Under the pieces are notes generated by a model, which was not told the DNA's origin, did not search any database, and saw nothing but the letters and a program-made list of their open reading frames with translations. From positions 85,932,001-85,996,000 of the forward strand of contig OZ024746.1 of NCBI GenBank assembly GCA_964016885.1: a DNA stretch of 64,000 nucleotides. The letters are read 5' to 3'. The position numbers were made by a program, and so were the translations under genes. How positions within the stretch are numbered: the first letter of the stretch is position 1; every line of letters starts with the position of its first letter. This DNA comes from Eledone cirrhosa (Eukaryota). Shown piece by piece: positions 61,380-64,000 of the stretch.

Positions 61380-61700
61380 GCAACAGCTAGGGTCTGACCC
61401 TGGGATTTGTTGATAGACATTGCAAAGCTGACACGGTTCGGCGAATGGTTCGTTGGTTGTCTGTTTCAGGTGCTCTTCTGGTGGCAGTACGTTCAGCAGG
61501 TTGCGACCGTCGAATAGCAGATTCCACTGACGATTCGTTTGCCCGCCTTTTTCTTTTTCTTGCCGCTTTCGCAGTATTTCGGCCAATGGAGTATCTCTTC
61601 CTTCGAGGCATGACCTAAAAGCAGGACGAAGTACACTAAGACTAACTGGTAGAGTAAGGAGTAAACTCGTCAGTGATGCATGTGATTTCCGAACCGTTGA
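61380..61700 (-). mobile_element. Probable Helitron ORF 5' fragment
   Basis: MPRRKRYSIGRNTAKAARKRKRRANES...ERTATRRAPET resembles the basic/RxxET-repeat N-termini of invertebrate Helitron ORFs. Recognised from memory; no Rep or helicase motifs in view. Confidence 0.5.
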
Positions 61701-62096
61701 CTATGTAATTGCTAGCCTTGTGCCAAAAGTAGGGGGACATTTTGGGTGGCATATCGGCAGTAACAATGACGATAAGCCGTCTGTGCTTTCGTGAAATAAA
61801 TACGTTTGTTTATATTTTGTTTTTGTGTATGCAAAAATATCTGTACACGAATATATAATTATATATATATATTAAAATAACAGATTAAAGTTTAAGCAAA
61901 GAATCGCTGCTTTCACTCTTAACGGGATCTTCTGAAACTAAAAAATCAATCTGTGAACGCAGAAGTAAATATTACGAAAAGGAATATATAAATGCAAGTT
62001 TGAAGTCAATCAGAGCAGAAATGTGGATTTGTATAGACTTTGCAAAAATTAGGACACACACACACACAGACAATTTCAGTTTTATATATATGTTAG

Positions 62097-62743
62097 ATAT
62101 ATATATATAAAGTTGTATTCCTGTCTATTTGTTTGTTCACGAACTACTCCTATGGTTTTGGAGATAGACCCCCATAACCATATATATTCTGAAACTACAT
62201 TGCCCAGCGTACTTGGATAAGTATATTTCATTTTAATGAAAGGTTTCCCCGGGAGTACAAACCCCCGCTGAAAACGTTTTCACTTCGATTTATATGAAAT
62301 TTAAACCATAGCTAAACGATAAGATTCACAAAATTTCGGCATTTTCAATAATATTAAGACACCCTAATGGGGGTTAAACCCCTTATTAGGGTTCCCCGGA
62401 GGCACAAACCCCCGCTGAAAATTTTTTCCCTTCGATTTATATGAAATTTAAACCTTAGGTAAATGACAAGATATAATGCTTATTCACAAAAGCTTTGAAT
62501 TGATATTTAAAAAAAAATTATTTACAAGAAACAAAATAAGAATAAGATTTAATAATGTAATTTTGATTTGATATATTACAAAAAAATAATGTTTTCCAAT
62601 TTTTCATGCATTACATTTTACATGGAGTAATATTGAAATGCAGAGTTTTTCTCCATAAACTATATCACTGATTTAAAATCAATCATCATTTTCTTACCCG
62701 CAAAATGTGTGAAACGCAGCAAGGTGCGGGTAATTCGGCTAGT
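62097..62743 (+). mobile_element. Non-autonomous Helitron-like element
   Basis: 5' TATATAAA...CTGTCTATTTGTTTGTTCACG start, internal ~85-bp duplication, 3' hairpin CGCA-gcaagg-TGCG followed by CTAG|T. Confidence 0.6.
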
Positions 62744-63354
62744 ATATATATATATGTGGGAGCCCCTACATGGACACACTAGAAGGGGAAGACCAAGGTT
62801 AACGTATGTTGATGCCCTAAGGACAGACACCGGTCTGTTGGAGACGCAGGACATGGCAGCGATAATGAGGGACAGAGACCGCTGGAGAGAACTCGTCCAT
62901 GGATCTCGGGAATTTTACCCGCCTTAGATATATATATATATATATATATATATACTCTCACGTGTGTGTGTGTGTGTGTGTGTGTGTGAGTGTAAAGGTT
63001 TAGTGGTTAGGGTGTTTGGGTCTTGATCATGAGTTAGATTCCTGGACCGAATGATGAATTGTGTCCTTGAGCATAACACTATATTTCACGCTGCCCCTGT
63101 CCATTCAGTAGCCAAACAATGAGTTTCTCCTGCAATACAAAGTTCCAACCATGTCACGCATTATGTCACGCTGAATATTTCTGAGAATTATATCAAGGGT
63201 GCACGCGTCTGTGGAATCCTCAGCCACTTCCATGTTAATTTCATGAGCAGACAGCTTCGTTGATTGTATCAACATATATATATATGACGTAAATTTCATC
63301 TTTGCTATATTTACATAGCTTTTCTTACATCCTTCATTTCTTTCCCTCCACACA

Positions 63355-63414
63355 CAACCTCACCACCACCACCACCACCACCACCACCACTGCTGCTGCT
63401 GCTGCTGCTGCCGT

Positions 63415-63489
<75 letters not shown>

Positions 63490-63525
63490 CACCACCACCA
63501 CCACCACTGCTGCTGCTGCTGCCGT

Positions 63526-63600
<75 letters not shown>

Positions 63601-63677
63601 CACCACCACCACCACCACCGTCACCACCGTCACCACCACCATCACCAACGTCACCACCGGCAAAACCGCCGCCATCG

Positions 63678-63710
<33 letters not shown>

Positions 63711-63712
63711 AC
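63355..63712. repeat. Compound (CCA)n(CTG)n(CTA)n array with a duplicated higher-order unit
   Basis: The block (CCA)n(CTG)nCCGTTA(CTA)n occurs twice. Confidence 0.9.
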
Positions 63713-63732
63713 ATTCACAGACACACACACAC

Positions 63733-63813
<81 letters not shown>

Positions 63814-63962
63814 TACATACACACACACATTTATGTATTACATATACACTTATGCGTATATGTGCACCATTATATATCAGTTTGAGTGTGTGCACTTGTA
63901 TAAATACATGCATGTATCTAAGTATGTTACGTATGCACACACACACACAAACAGACACACAT

Positions 63963-63996
<34 letters not shown>

Positions 63997-64000
63997 GTGT

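Overview
AT-rich, microsatellite-saturated animal genomic DNA. The SINE families and repeat landscape look cephalopod (octopus-like); this is an inference. The only host gene is a minus-strand SLC6 monoamine transporter (serotonin-transporter-like). Ten internal exons (TM3-TM12) and a probable terminal exon between 11054 and 60413 splice in frame with GT/AG boundaries; the 5' exons lie outside the window. The introns hold tRNA-derived SINEs, RTE, CR1 and R4-type LINE fragments, MITEs, Helitron pieces, kb-scale minisatellites and two Penelope-like retroelements (Naiad-type GIY-YIG). The main unannotated signal is a dense set of type I hammerhead-ribozyme motifs: about 20 intact or decayed copies from at least ten unrelated sequence families. 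They sit on short non-coding elements embedded in (TA)n tracts, many arranged as fold-back palindromes, and several are in sense orientation inside the transporter pre-mRNA. Most long ORFs in the ORF track are artefacts of simple repeats.
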